Shown here piece after piece: positions 8,969 to 19,776 of a stretch of 64,000 nucleotides of DNA (positions are counted from its first letter, which is position 1; every line of letters starts with the position of its first letter). This DNA is from Coleofasciculus sp. B1-GNL1-01. Lineage in GTDB: Bacteria; Cyanobacteriota; Cyanobacteriia; Cyanobacteriales; Coleofasciculaceae. A program made the position numbers and the translations under genes. Where the stretch lies: the NCBI GenBank assembly GCA_040220235.1, contig JAVJTO010000102.1. The stretch is one strand, 5' to 3'. The notes under the pieces are model-generated. The model saw only the letters and a list, made by a program, of their open reading frames with translations. It did no database searches and had not been told where the DNA came from.

Positions 8969-10984
8969 CTAGGTAGCCGCAGGTTCAACTGCTTGATCCA
9001 TCAGTTCTCGAAACTGAATCACATCTTGACGGGGATCAGCATGAGTGACTTGAACATCTAAGCGATCGCCTAGTCTAACGGATCGCTTAAATCGCATCAC
9101 CAACTCTAACCCTAAATCTTCTAACAGAATCAAGCCCAAGTTATCGTGTTCGCGTAACCAACGCAACATTAACGCCTGCCACACTTGATCCGGGTGACGC
9201 CGTAAATATTCCAATCCCCAATAGCGATTGGTTTGGCGTTCCACCATCGCGGCTTCTGATGCGGCTGTCGTCACGCCCTGCATGGTTTCTTGCAGGTATT
9301 CCGCCGAAAAGGGTAAGGGATCACCGCGCAGGTGGGCTTTTAGTTGGAAATGATTCAGCAAATCCGTATAACGGCGGATAGGAGAAGTGACTTGAGTATA
9401 AGTTTCCAAACCCAAACCCGCATGACGCAGGGGAGTAATACTCATTTCACTGCGAGGCATACAGCGCCGCATGGCGCAGAAGCGCACTGGACCAGGCGGT
9501 AATACCAGCAGTTCTTCATCAGAGGGCAACTCCGGCTGAGGTTGTCCGCGAAAGGGGAGAGGAATTTGATGGCTTTGACCGTAACGTCCAGCAACTTCCC
9601 CGGCTAAAATCATCATTTCTGCGACCATTAGCCGTGCTTGGGAATCCTCTAACACCTGAATAATGATCTCATCGTGATCACGGACTTTAATCACCGCCTC
9701 TGGCATGTGAATACTAATCGCACCCTGACTTGACCGCCATTCTTGACGACGCTTTGCCCATTTCGCGATCGCGGCTATTTCCGGTTCTGCCTTCACCCCC
9801 AGTTCCAACATTTCATCCACATCTTCGTAGGTGAGGCGATAGGTCGGTTTAATCAGACTAGGGTGAATCTTGTACTCTTGAACACTGCCATCTTCATCGA
9901 GGATTACCCCGAAACTTAGTGTTGGGCAAACTTGACCCTCCACCAAACTCATTGGACCGGTTGCCAGTTCAGCGGGAAACATGGAAATCATCCCCGTCGG
10001 CAAATAGAGTGTCGTACTGCGCCGTCGAGCTTCTCGATCCAGTTCGTCGTCGGGTCTGACTAAGCGGGTTGGATCAGCAATATGAATCCACAGACGCTCT
10101 TTTCCATCGTCAAGTTGTTCTAAACTCAACCCATCGTCGATTTCTGAGGTACTCTCGTCATCAACGGTGTATACCTTCAAATGAGTTAAGTCTAAGCGAT
10201 CTTGATCGGGGTCGGGAGGCGGAGAATCCAGGTATTGTTGCGCCAAGTCAAGCACCTCACGACGAAAGTGAACAGGGTAAGATGAACGCCGCAAAAACAG
10301 ATTCTCGTGAGGAGTCCATAAGCCTAAGTCTACCAACAGATCGAACGCTGCTTGGGGAGTTTGCGGGCGATCCAGGGTAGCTAGTATATCTTGGGCTGCA
10401 CGAGATGTATTTTCCGGATAAAGGACAAACCGTTCTAAGAGTTCAAAGCGAGTGCGATCGCTCTCTTGCCACTCTACCGCTTCACCGTTGAGTTTCTGCT
10501 GAGTGCGGGTTAAAAATTCTTCTTGCTCTCGCTGCTTCGATTCGGCGGCGAGTTGCTGATGTTTAATTTCAGCCACTTTCGTAGCTGGACGTGGTTCATA
10601 GCTATCGGCTTTTTGTTTAAAGTAGAGTTTGTCGTCCGATAGCAAGCAGTGAGCCGCATAACATAGGGATGGGTTTTGGTCAGAAAATAAAAGCTGTGCC
10701 ATTTCCGCACAGGTTACCGCTTTTCCCTCTTCCACCAGCAATTCCCATGCCACTTCCAGGCTGGATGGATCGAGATAGGGTTCGACTTGGCTGAGAAAGT
10801 CGGGAATTTCTGAGACGTCAAATTTACCATCCTGGACTTCGTAGGTAACTTGCCGGGGATGAAGCGTGTGAGATTGACCCTGCTCGTCGATAACCGTCCA
10901 GCGTGTTTTGCCATCTGGACGGTCTACAATCGCTAGATGACGATCGCCTTGCACACGAAATTCGATAAGTGTTCCTTTTTCCAC
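8969..10984 (-). CDS. rnb: Ribonuclease II / RNB-domain exoribonuclease
   Basis: TVDDESTSEIDDGLS catalytic motif, HAGLGL..Y...TSPIRRYTDL. Confidence 0.92.
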   Translation of the reverse strand: MEKGTLIEFRVQGDRHLAIVDRPDGKTRWTVIDEQGQSHTLHPRQVTYEVQDGKFDVSEIPDFLSQVEPYLDPSSLEVAWELLVEEGKAVTCAEMAQLLFSDQNPSLCYAAHCLLSDDKLYFKQKADSYEPRPATKVAEIKHQQLAAESKQREQEEFLTRTQQKLNGEAVEWQESDRTRFELLERFVLYPENTSRAAQDILATLDRPQTPQAAFDLLVDLGLWTPHENLFLRRSSYPVHFRREVLDLAQQYLDSPPPDPDQDRLDLTHLKVYTVDDESTSEIDDGLSLEQLDDGKERLWIHIADPTRLVRPDDELDREARRRSTTLYLPTGMISMFPAELATGPMSLVEGQVCPTLSFGVILDEDGSVQEYKIHPSLIKPTYRLTYEDVDEMLELGVKAEPEIAAIAKWAKRRQEWRSSQGAISIHMPEAVIKVRDHDEIIIQVLEDSQARLMVAEMMILAGEVAGRYGQSHQIPLPFRGQPQPELPSDEELLVLPPGPVRFCAMRRCMPRSEMSITPLRHAGLGLETYTQVTSPIRRYTDLLNHFQLKAHLRGDPLPFSAEYLQETMQGVTTAASEAAMVERQTNRYWGLEYLRRHPDQVWQALMLRWLREHDNLGLILLEDLGLELVMRFKRSVRLGDRLDVQVTHADPRQDVIQFRELMDQAVEPAAT

Positions 10985-11290
10985 CAGCTTTGCTAATCCC
11001 GGTCGTTTATCTTTAGTTTTTAACTAATCCGGCGATAGGTTCCCCAGGCTGCAACTTTTTATTCAGCGTGGGATAAATCGCCAGTAATGCCCATATAAAG
11101 TGGCATTGCATCCAAATTGGATGTGGTGTTCCTCGCCAGAGTTATCACACTCTAAATCTAGTCTAACGGGTGATGGGATGATACCGAAATCATTAGACGG
11201 GGTATCAAAGGATTTAATCATTTGACACCACCGCTTAGTCAGAGATCGATTATCTCACCACTCCTCACCCTGAGCTTCTGTTGAGCCGCA

Positions 11291-11506
11291 TCATCCCTCT
11301 TTGTTGACGAAAGGCAATAATGCTAAAAGGCGAGCGCGTTTAATAGATCGGGTCAATGCCCGTTGCTGTTGAGACGTTAGACCTGTAATCCGACGTGGCA
11401 GAATTTTACCGCGTTCGGTAATGAATTTGCGGAGTAATTCCACATCCTTGTAGTCAATGGGTTCTCCCGGCTTGATTGGAGAAAGACGTTTGCGAAAGTA
11501 GGTCAT
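11291..11506 (-). CDS. rpsR: 30S ribosomal protein S18
   Basis: [26 protein letters not shown]. Confidence 0.98.
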   Translation of the reverse strand: MTYFRKRLSPIKPGEPIDYKDVELLRKFITERGKILPRRITGLTSQQQRALTRSIKRARLLALLPFVNKEG

Positions 11507-11570
11507 GGGCAGTTCTTAGGGGTTTGTGGTCATCAATTTCAGTTTAGGATGCATTGCCATTGTGACATGG

Positions 11571-11765
11571 CTATTTAATTTCTTTATGCACCGTATGCTT
11601 ATTGCAATGAGTGCAGAACTTTTTCAGTTCTAGCCGCCCTGTGGTATTGCGGCGGTTTTTCATAGTGGTGTAGCGAGAGACACCATTTGTGCGCTTGTCT
11701 GGGTTCGTGCGACACTCTGTACATTCTAAGGTTATAACCAGTCGAACACCTTTCTTACTTGCCAT
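11571..11765 (-). CDS. rpmG: 50S ribosomal protein L33 (Zn-ribbon type)
   Basis: ITLECTEC...[29 protein letters not shown]. Confidence 0.98.
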   Translation of the reverse strand: MASKKGVRLVITLECTECRTNPDKRTNGVSRYTTMKNRRNTTGRLELKKFCTHCNKHTVHKEIK

Positions 11766-11819
11766 AGTCTTACGTCTAGTAAATTAAATGAGGGCGTGAG
11801 TAAATTTAAACACAATCTC

Positions 11820-12365
11820 TTATTTTTGCATACGACGCCGGATTTGGGCAACCCATCGCTTTAGACGCAGATCCAGAGAAAACCCACGACGGGTTTGAAT
11901 CACCAGGGTTTGGGCAATGCGATCGTGAAACGCTTGCTGTTTTTCCGGTTCCGATAAAGCGATGCCACAATCTACCCCTAATGGTGCAATTAACAGCAGC
12001 ATGGAGAGTAGCATGGAGATGCCATTAGCCAAAGCGTTGAAGCCAAACATGGCTAAGAGCGCACAGACACCCAGAATGCCTTCTCGTTTGGTTAGTGTCA
12101 ATAGCCCTGGAAGTTTACCGTATTTGGCATCCAGCACTTTCATATCCAATGCCCAGCGTCCTAAACTCTGACCCTGATTGCTCGATACCAATACGACCCG
12201 CATCCCTAACCACAGTGCCATAAACACTAACACTTGCAAAAAAGGATTTCCACCCGCCATCGAACTAACCAGCCAAACGGCGACAAAATCAATCAGGAAG
12301 GCATAGAACCGTCGCTCTATTGGCACTTGAGGAAAGCGCTTGTATATGGGTTCAAGTTCATACAT
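11820..12365 (-). CDS. RDD family membrane protein
   Basis: RRFYAFLID, GQSLGRWALDMKV, HDRIAQT; usual neighbour of rpmG in cyanobacteria. Confidence 0.88.
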   Translation of the reverse strand: MYELEPIYKRFPQVPIERRFYAFLIDFVAVWLVSSMAGGNPFLQVLVFMALWLGMRVVLVSSNQGQSLGRWALDMKVLDAKYGKLPGLLTLTKREGILGVCALLAMFGFNALANGISMLLSMLLLIAPLGVDCGIALSEPEKQQAFHDRIAQTLVIQTRRGFSLDLRLKRWVAQIRRRMQK

Positions 12366-12700
12366 GGTTAGGGTTAAGTTTAGGGCTTATGCAATCTTTA
12401 TTGATTTTAGCGGACGTTTAAGTGCAATCGTTAGGTCAAAAGCAAGCTGAGTAAGACTTTGAATCTTGTCCCCTTAACCTTAGCCCCCTACCCCAAAGCA
12501 ATTAGAGTCCCCTCCCTTTGTCTCGGATTGAGATTGTCAACAGGAGTGAATTTCCCCACACCCCATACCCCAAAAAATAACTGAACAGCTAACATCTCCC
12601 CCAGCTCCCAGACGTGCCATGGCACGTCTGGAACATTTCTCCCTCTGCTTCATCGTATCTACGAAGCTGCTCAAGTATTTTTATGCCCGCTGCACTAGGG

Positions 12701-13111
12701 TTAAATTTTCTGACGCAATCGTCTAATTATACTGGCGCGACTAATGATTGTCGCCATCCCGTTCTCAATTTTCACAAACACTTTACCCGAAAAGAGGTTA
12801 CGCAACGCCGGACGTTGATACACCACAAAATCATCGAGTTCTGATTTGGGTTCAAAGCCCATCTCGGATAAGCTTGTATTTAGGGTGTTAGTAAAAGCTT
12901 TTTTGTTCTTGAACTCTAGAGAAAAAGTCATGGTGCGATTAAAGTAAGCACCCACTAATCCGGCGATCAAACCGATAGTAATACCATAACGATAAGGAAA
13001 GGGTTGGGTTAAACTTAGCCCGAGAACTTGCGAGGCTAAGAAAGCAACAATCAGAGTCATGCCTGTGAAGTAATAATAGAACGTTGCCCAAAAACCAAGA
13101 CCAAGCTGCAT
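12701..13111 (-). CDS. Hypothetical membrane protein
   Basis: 136-aa ORF with two N-terminal TM helices and a GAGG RBS. Confidence 0.75.
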   Translation of the reverse strand: MQLGLGFWATFYYYFTGMTLIVAFLASQVLGLSLTQPFPYRYGITIGLIAGLVGAYFNRTMTFSLEFKNKKAFTNTLNTSLSEMGFEPKSELDDFVVYQRPALRNLFSGKVFVKIENGMATIISRASIIRRLRQKI

Positions 13112-13262
13112 ACAATAACCTCTATAAATTTAAATCAGTACACAATTATTTACCACAAGTTCAGGATTTTCAAGATTTAGAACTTGCTGCAAAGCCATAG
13201 TCAATCACAAAGGGAAAATCAGCGCGATCGCAGTATCAGTCTTGAAATCTAGTATATTCTTG

Positions 13263-13874
13263 TCAGTTATCCATAAATGCTCGGTAGCGGCTCCAGTACC
13301 GATCGACCGCTATCTCCAGCTCTCCGAACGGAAAATCCGCGCCGTGGGCTTCTTGGAGGGCGACAAAGAAATCGAGAATCGCTGCACCTTCGGCGGGAGC
13401 CAGGCTGTCAAAGCGCTCGTGGAAAATGGCTAGTGGAGTACCGGAATCGAACCATTCGAGCTGCTGCTTACGGAGTAGCTCGGTCATGTCGTCCGGCAAA
13501 CCGAGACCAGACGGGAGCCTAGTAGCTCGATCAAGCGCTTCTACGACGGCTGTACGAGAGGGTTCGGTAAGTGCGCCTACGAGTTCGGAGACGAAGATAC
13601 TCACAGATGGATATGACTCCAGGGAAGCGTACAGGAAGGCTGGTAGGAAGTACCGGAATGCCTCCGGAGCAAGCATCCAGAGATTGCCTTCGACCTCGGT
13701 TCGGAGATCGTACACCGAGAGTTCTGTTGACGTATTCGTAGCTAGGAGTTGGCGCAGGCGATCGCCGTTGTAGTTTACCGCCGATCGCAAGATCTGACTA
13801 GCCACGGGTCGGGGGCGCGAGGCGAACGCATTGAAAAAGCGAGCTTTGAGGTTCTTGTCAGGAAGGATTTGCAT
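13263..13874 (-). CDS. Hypothetical protein (DUF6714-like)
   Basis: 'AF..RPRP' and 'L.PEAFRYFLPAFL' motifs; visibly more GC-rich than its flanks. Confidence 0.65.
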   Translation of the reverse strand: MQILPDKNLKARFFNAFASRPRPVASQILRSAVNYNGDRLRQLLATNTSTELSVYDLRTEVEGNLWMLAPEAFRYFLPAFLYASLESYPSVSIFVSELVGALTEPSRTAVVEALDRATRLPSGLGLPDDMTELLRKQQLEWFDSGTPLAIFHERFDSLAPAEGAAILDFFVALQEAHGADFPFGELEIAVDRYWSRYRAFMDN

Positions 13875-13972
13875 GTCAAACTTTACACAATTAGACGGCT
13901 CACAACTGTTGTGTTAACCTATGTTCTTATGCTTTACCCCCATCATGATTACGCTTACCGGCGCTCTAGGAA

Positions 13973-14039
13973 AGGGCGGGTTTTGAACAACTGTTATCGG
14001 TTATGTGCCGATAGGTTAGTTCCTAAACCCGCCCCTACA
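13973..14039. repeat. REP-like palindrome (GGGCGGGTTT...AAACCCGCCCCTAC family)
   Basis: Inverted arms with a ~40-bp variable loop. Other copies at 31381-31447, 46152-46214, 48626-48836, 58825-58889 and 61279-61343; half copies near 36414 and 63442. Confidence 0.8.
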
Positions 14040-14088
14040 GATTATATTGACCTATTATCTTGACCTGGAGGCGATCGCATCGCAGCCC

Positions 14089-15441
14089 CTACTGATTTTT
14101 CGCCAACGCCTTGGTACGAGCTTGAAATCCTGCCGACTTCAGCCTGTCAACCATACCTTGATAATCTTGTACCCAGTATTTAGGATCAAAGCGCACAAAT
14201 TGGCTCTGATTTAACGCCCCAACCCTAGCGATAACTGGCACTTTTTGCGGTTTCCTCTCCCCAGATTGTTCTTGCAAAATCGACTGGAGACGTTTCAGGG
14301 TAGCTGTGTCCACGCGCTGGGGGGTCAGTTCCACAATAATCATTTGTGCCGTTTCAATCGGTTCGACATCTTCGATAATCATCTGGATTTTCTCATCTCG
14401 TTCATCCGCCTTCCCCCACACAATTAAACGGGCATCCTTTTCAATGAAGGAACTAATTCGCTCAAAGGTTCTCGGAAAAATAACGCCATCGGCTTGACCC
14501 GTGAGATCTTCCATTTGCACAAATGCCATGCGTTCGCCACTGGTTTTGGTGGTGTGAAATTTGACCTCCGTCAGCATGACAATGGCACTTAGGATGGTGC
14601 GTTTATTTTGATCGGCTAACTCATTTAGGTTAATCGGAGTCAGCACCTGATTGGCGACGGGGCGCACGGATTTGAGGGGGTGATCGGAGACATAGAAGCC
14701 AAGCAATTCTTTTTCTTGCTGTAGTTTTTCTTGCGCCGAGAAATCCTCAACCTGCGGGGTTTTCGGAGCAGCTTTCCAGGCATCATTCGCCTCACTGTTG
14801 TTATTGTCCGTGTTTCCTAAGACATCAAAAATATTGATTTGACCACTCTCTCGATCCTTCGCCCGATCTTGCGCCCAACTAATCAGCACATCTAAATCGT
14901 GAATCAGTTGCTTGCGATTCTTCTCTAGGCGATCAAACGCCCCAGAGTAAATTAGGGATTCCAAGGCGCGACGATTCACCACCCGCAACTCCACGCGATC
15001 GCAAAAATCGGCTAATGACTGAAAATCCCCGTCCTTTTCCCGTTGCTGGAGAATAGTCTCAATCGCCCCCTCGCCCAAATTCCGGATTGCCGAGAATCCG
15101 AATAAGATTTTGCCAGAGACTGGGGTAAAATCAACCTGCGATCGGTTAATATCCGGCTGCAAGACATCGATACCCATGGTGGTACAGGTGGCGATGTACT
15201 TCTGCACCTTGTCCTGATTCCCACTACTGGCGGTTAGCAGCGCTGTCATGTACTCCACCGGATAATTGGCTTTCAGAAAAGCCGTCTGATAGGTAACATA
15301 GGCATACGCCGTGGAGTGGGACTTGTTAAAGCAATTGGACGCCACCGAGCCATTTGCCAGCAGAAAATTATGGTCGCGCTCGACGCCAATGTCATAGACT
15401 GGTTGAGTACCCAAGGGTTTACGACCGATAATTTTAACCAC
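14089..15441 (-). CDS. dnaE-c: DNA polymerase III alpha subunit, C-terminal half of naturally split DnaE
   Basis: N-terminal 36-aa IntC ending ASN, followed by the extein [12 protein letters not shown]; HhH and OB-fold regions; GTG start with AGGAG RBS. Confidence 0.96.
   Translation of the reverse strand: MVKIIGRKPLGTQPVYDIGVERDHNFLLANGSVASNCFNKSHSTAYAYVTYQTAFLKANYPVEYMTALLTASSGNQDKVQKYIATCTTMGIDVLQPDINRSQVDFTPVSGKILFGFSAIRNLGEGAIETILQQREKDGDFQSLADFCDRVELRVVNRRALESLIYSGAFDRLEKNRKQLIHDLDVLISWAQDRAKDRESGQINIFDVLGNTDNNNSEANDAWKAAPKTPQVEDFSAQEKLQQEKELLGFYVSDHPLKSVRPVANQVLTPINLNELADQNKRTILSAIVMLTEVKFHTTKTSGERMAFVQMEDLTGQADGVIFPRTFERISSFIEKDARLIVWGKADERDEKIQMIIEDVEPIETAQMIIVELTPQRVDTATLKRLQSILQEQSGERKPQKVPVIARVGALNQSQFVRFDPKYWVQDYQGMVDRLKSAGFQARTKALAKNQ
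15334..15441 (-). other. DnaE split intein C-fragment (IntC)
   Basis: [39 protein letters not shown], closely resembling the Npu/Ssp DnaE IntC. Confidence 0.95.
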
Positions 15442-15479
15442 GTTTAGAACTCCTTAAATCGTTTCCAAATTGCGCTGAC

Positions 15480-16571
15480 ATGCTAAGAGCCGGAATTGTG
15501 GGATTGCCCAACGTAGGCAAATCAACCTTATTTAACGCCCTCGTCGCCAATGCTAAAGCAGATGCGGCGAATTTTCCCTTCTGCACGATTGAGCCGAATG
15601 TTGGGGTTGTCGCTGTACCCGATGAACGGTTGTCTGTGCTGGCGAAAATTTCCACCTCTGAGCAAATTGTGCCAACTCGGATTGAATTTGTCGATATTGC
15701 CGGATTGGTGAAGGGGGCGAGTAAAGGCGAGGGACTCGGGAACCAATTTTTAGCCAATATCCGAGAAGTGGATGCCATTGTCCATGTGGTGCGCTGTTTT
15801 GATGATGAGAATATTATCCATGTTTCCGGTTCCGTTGATCCAGTACGTGACATTGACGTGATTAATCTGGAATTGGCGTTAGCGGATTTAGCCCAAGTGG
15901 AACGCCGCATGGAACGCACCCGCAAGCAGGCGAAAACCTCTAAAGAGGCGCAGTTGGAACTGGAAGCGTTGGAAAAGTTGAGTGCGGGATTGAATGAAGG
16001 TAAATCGGCGCGGAATATTAGTTTAACCGAAGACGAAGCCGAGGCGGTGAAGCCGTTAGGATTATTGAGTGCAAAACCGATTATTTATGCGGCGAATGTG
16101 TCAGAGGATGATTTAGCCGCTGGGAATGAATGGGTGGAACAAGTGCGCCAAGTGGCAACCTCTGAAGCGGCAGAAGTTGTGGTGGTTTCAGCCCAAGTGG
16201 AGTCAGAATTAATTGAGTTACCCGAAGAGGAACGGGGAGATTTTTTGGAGTCGTTAGGCGTGGAAGAAGGGGGATTAAAATCCTTAATTCGGGCTACTTA
16301 TGAGTTATTAGGATTACGCACCTTTTTAACCACGGGACCCAAAGAAACCCGGGCTTGGACGATTACAGCCGGAATGAAAGCCCCCCAAGCGGCTGGTACG
16401 ATTCACACGGATTTTGAGCGGGGATTTATTCGGGCGGAAACGGTTGGTTATGATGATTTAGTAACGTCTGGATCAATGAATGCGGCGAAGGATAAAGGAT
16501 TAGTGCGGGCGGAAGGGAAAGAGTATGTGGTGCAAGAAGGCGATGTAATGCTATTTCGGTTTAATGTGTAA
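15480..16571 (+). CDS. ychF: Ribosome-binding ATPase YchF
   Basis: [42 protein letters not shown]-terminal TGS domain. Confidence 0.98.
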   Translation: MLRAGIVGLPNVGKSTLFNALVANAKADAANFPFCTIEPNVGVVAVPDERLSVLAKISTSEQIVPTRIEFVDIAGLVKGASKGEGLGNQFLANIREVDAIVHVVRCFDDENIIHVSGSVDPVRDIDVINLELALADLAQVERRMERTRKQAKTSKEAQLELEALEKLSAGLNEGKSARNISLTEDEAEAVKPLGLLSAKPIIYAANVSEDDLAAGNEWVEQVRQVATSEAAEVVVVSAQVESELIELPEEERGDFLESLGVEEGGLKSLIRATYELLGLRTFLTTGPKETRAWTITAGMKAPQAAGTIHTDFERGFIRAETVGYDDLVTSGSMNAAKDKGLVRAEGKEYVVQEGDVMLFRFNV

Positions 16572-16595
16572 GTCCAATTCTCAACTACACACACA

Positions 16596-16615
16596 AAACC
16601 TGCCTACGCAGGTTT
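16596..16615. terminator. Hairpin after ychF
   Basis: AAACCTGC-CTAC-GCAGGTTT between convergent genes. Confidence 0.5.
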
Positions 16616-16730
16616 CAACAGATTTTAGGTAGGGTGGGCAAGAGTTATAAACTAACTCACCCTTATATTATTGTTCGTTGCTCTTACCCACTACAACGGT
16701 AACTGAATTCCTGTGAATTTAAAGTTTTGA

Positions 16731-17339
16731 TCAGCTAATCTCTAGCCTTTTAAAGTCAGCTAGCAAAAACGCGATCGCGCCAAATAATTTATCTAAATCT
16801 GTAATCGCTATTCGGGTTTTCTCTTTCGTAAAAACATCCCCCACAAGCCGCCCCAGTTGCCATAATTCTCCATCGGTAACAATGCCATAGATAGGTTTTG
16901 TTTCATTCTGGTTCATCTTCTGTGCGGCAATTAACTCCGCAAGGCATTGTCCCCACCCTTCAATAAAGTTATTCTGCTTGGCTTCAACAACGACGACAAG
17001 CGGTAAACCCAGTATGGTTTTTCCGAGTTCTGATTTTGTTGATATTAAATAATCAGGTGTACCTGTGAGTTTATGGTCATAAGTAATGGACTTATGGCTC
17101 CAGAGGGTGTATTTATCAACAAAGCTTTTATAGACTTCTCTTAAGATTGGATAAATAACATTTTCACAGCGAGAGGCTTCAGATGTAAAAACATCTATAT
17201 TTTCTAGGTTAAAGTCAAATTCGTTACGGAAATCATCTGAATGCTTCAAGTCAATATATGAAATAAAGTTGTCCTCTGAATACTTAATATTGTATTCTTG
17301 TTGAACTTGAGCCAGGGATTTGAAGTCGGTAAATACCAT
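16731..17339 (-). CDS. Cyanobacterial PD-(D/E)XK-like protein (HsdR_N-like fold)
   Basis: SEASRCE, LTGTPDY...VVEAK, GWGQCLAEL, IYGIVTDGELW motifs. Confidence 0.75.
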   Translation of the reverse strand: MVFTDFKSLAQVQQEYNIKYSEDNFISYIDLKHSDDFRNEFDFNLENIDVFTSEASRCENVIYPILREVYKSFVDKYTLWSHKSITYDHKLTGTPDYLISTKSELGKTILGLPLVVVVEAKQNNFIEGWGQCLAELIAAQKMNQNETKPIYGIVTDGELWQLGRLVGDVFTKEKTRIAITDLDKLFGAIAFLLADFKRLEIS

Positions 17340-17634
17340 AGGTGGTCTACCGCCTCTCAACTAATTTTATGTGCCACATCCTTTTTTCCCTCAAACAGGA
17401 CAACTCAGACTATTTTACTCGATTTAGATAGGCTCTATTTCACTAATATCATGTCCGCCAAAAGAACCGTAATATCCTTCTTCCTTGCAACCTTGCTCCT
17501 TCCCTTGAAGCCTTCTTCCCTCTGCCTTGTCTCCACCTAAATGTCAGTATTCAACCGGACATAATATAACCGCATTAAAGAAGTGTCAAGACCAAACAAA
17601 CCCAACCTGACTTTATGAGTAGTCAACACGTTCT

Positions 17635-19461
17635 TTAGGGATATTTTAACGATAATGATGGGATTATTGACTTGGTTAGGCTAAAGCCCTGACTACGAAC
17701 CGGGGCGATTTGAAATTCATCAAACTTGATTATGTCTGAGTCGGGTTTCCTGGTATCAAAGCGATAACTGCTGACGATTCCTGTGCTGGTGTCTAAGATG
17801 CTAAATACAGTGATATCGTTACTGGAAATATACGGTAAGGGTTGGTTATTCTCCCCCCGTAAGGGTGCAATGGTTGGCAGTATCGGTTCTAATCCATTGG
17901 GATCTCCCGTCGCCGCGTAGTCTTTACCCTCTGGCACTTTACGCTGTTTTTCGCCCAGGTAAGCCCCGTAAGTATTCCCCACATTTGATGATTCCAGAAA
18001 ATGGATTCCCTGAGGATTCACGAAGCGATTCCAAAGATGGGAATGTCCATATAAAACCAGTTGTACGCCTGCGGTTTCGAGTAAGGGGATCACATCCCGC
18101 AGAATATAATCGGCTTGGGGAGGATAATCATAACGCACCCCCGTAATCGTTCCATTCCCATCCCGTTCTATAATTTGTACGGGGTCAGTATAAGGTGGGA
18201 CAATATTGTCGCCTAAGGAATGGGGGGGATGGTGAAACATGACGATTTTATAGTTGGCTTGTTGGAATTCTGGACTGTTGAGTTCTGCCTTGAGCCAGTT
18301 ATACTGAGGACTGCCCCGTTTAATCGGTTCAAAAATATGCTGTCCATATCCCCAAGCCGTGGGATTATTTAAATCGGCTTCTCGTTCCCGATACCGTCCT
18401 TTTGCATTGGGTTTGAGGCTGGGCGTTCTCCAGATGTTGGTAATGTACAGGGAAATTAGACGAATATCACCAAAGGTTATGGCGTAATAGTTCTCGTTTC
18501 CCGGTAGCGTAAAAATTTCGTTGTAGGTGTCGGTATTAAAGGAATGCTCTTTGAGCCAAATGAGAGGGTTATTCGAGTTCAAATGAGCGGACTTTTCTTG
18601 ATATAGTTCTGCTGCAACTTGGCGAGGAATGGGGTCATTGAATTGGTCATTTAATCCGCTATCTGTAGAAAATCGTCCCATAACCTCGTGATTTCCTGTG
18701 GCGGGAAATAAGGGCGCATGTTGAATTAACTCACCTCCGGTGTAGCGGGTAGTAATGTTATTCTTCTCTAGTTGATAATTCGCCTGACCTTGAAGTGCGG
18801 GAAAGAAAGCACCGCCGCGATTATCATCAAACCATTCGGAGGCGCGATCGGGAATATTTACTAAGTCTCCGGCGAGAAAAATGGCATCCACTTTACCCAC
18901 AGTTTCTGCTACCTTTTGTAAATTGGCGGCTGTCATGGGCATGAGTTGGTGATCCGAGGTGAGCAGAATTTTCAGGGGGGTATCAGGGGGAGGTGCAGCG
19001 GCTAAGGTAAATGGGTTACTCTTGATGATTTGTCCATCATTCCGCACACTGGTTACTTGATAGGGAACTCGTTCACCCGGAGTGAGTCCCGTTACCTCGG
19101 CTTCATGTCGCCAGATATCCCTTGGCGTCGGTTTCTGGTAAACTAGAGCATCTTCGGTTTGTTCTCCAACACGGGATTTTTGGTCTTCCCGGGTACGAGT
19201 GAGTTTGGTGGTATTCGCGATCGCAACCCGCCTCAGTCCTTGTCCATAAGCTACACTATGACGGGTTCCAGGAAATTCTGTAAACCAGACGACGCGCACC
19301 GAGGTGTCAGTGGGCAATTGTAGAAATGGATCAGTCAGCAGTTGCGGTGGGAAGCGGTAAGGGGGTTGTTGAGTAAATAGCACGACAATGGGCGCCAGCG
19401 CAATGAAGACGACAAGCAAACCGACAATAAGAAGTGGGCGACTGGTTAAACGATTGACCAT
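17635..19461 (-). CDS. Membrane-anchored metallophosphoesterase with FN3-like N-domain (purple acid phosphatase-like)
   Basis: SDHQ, AGDLV, GNHE, FHHP and GHSH calcineurin-like motifs; N-terminal TM helix. Confidence 0.9.
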   Translation of the reverse strand: MVNRLTSRPLLIVGLLVVFIALAPIVVLFTQQPPYRFPPQLLTDPFLQLPTDTSVRVVWFTEFPGTRHSVAYGQGLRRVAIANTTKLTRTREDQKSRVGEQTEDALVYQKPTPRDIWRHEAEVTGLTPGERVPYQVTSVRNDGQIIKSNPFTLAAAPPPDTPLKILLTSDHQLMPMTAANLQKVAETVGKVDAIFLAGDLVNIPDRASEWFDDNRGGAFFPALQGQANYQLEKNNITTRYTGGELIQHAPLFPATGNHEVMGRFSTDSGLNDQFNDPIPRQVAAELYQEKSAHLNSNNPLIWLKEHSFNTDTYNEIFTLPGNENYYAITFGDIRLISLYITNIWRTPSLKPNAKGRYREREADLNNPTAWGYGQHIFEPIKRGSPQYNWLKAELNSPEFQQANYKIVMFHHPPHSLGDNIVPPYTDPVQIIERDGNGTITGVRYDYPPQADYILRDVIPLLETAGVQLVLYGHSHLWNRFVNPQGIHFLESSNVGNTYGAYLGEKQRKVPEGKDYAATGDPNGLEPILPTIAPLRGENNQPLPYISSNDITVFSILDTSTGIVSSYRFDTRKPDSDIIKFDEFQIAPVRSQGFSLTKSIIPSLSLKYP

Positions 19462-19776
19462 GAATCGTCCTCGATACAAGATTAGATGCAATACTGCTCA
19501 GTTAAACAGGAAAGTAAGAGTCTGTTCGCGTCTTGTTTACGATAATATATTACCTCGACTTCTTCTTTGGCTTTGGTGGTTTAAAGGAAAGAACTGCTCG
19601 TATCCTGAGACAGGAATTTTTTCACCTGACAAAGATGTCAATGATAGAGGTGTTGAGTATCTAAATAAAACTTTACAATCAGCAACCTACTGTTTAAAAA
19701 AGAAATAGCTATCCTGGGCTTTCCTAGGGAGGTTGCTGAACGTTCAGGGATGTAATCTAAATCACTTTAACTGACT

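Noticed and set aside
11031..11082. Hairpin resembling an IS200/IS605 end between rpsR and RNase II
   Set aside because: No tnpA/tnpB nearby and only one copy in the window. It cannot be told apart from an ordinary stem-loop.
16731..17339. Possible restriction or defence nuclease
   Set aside because: It belongs to a family widely expanded in cyanobacteria and has no methylase or other defence partner beside it.
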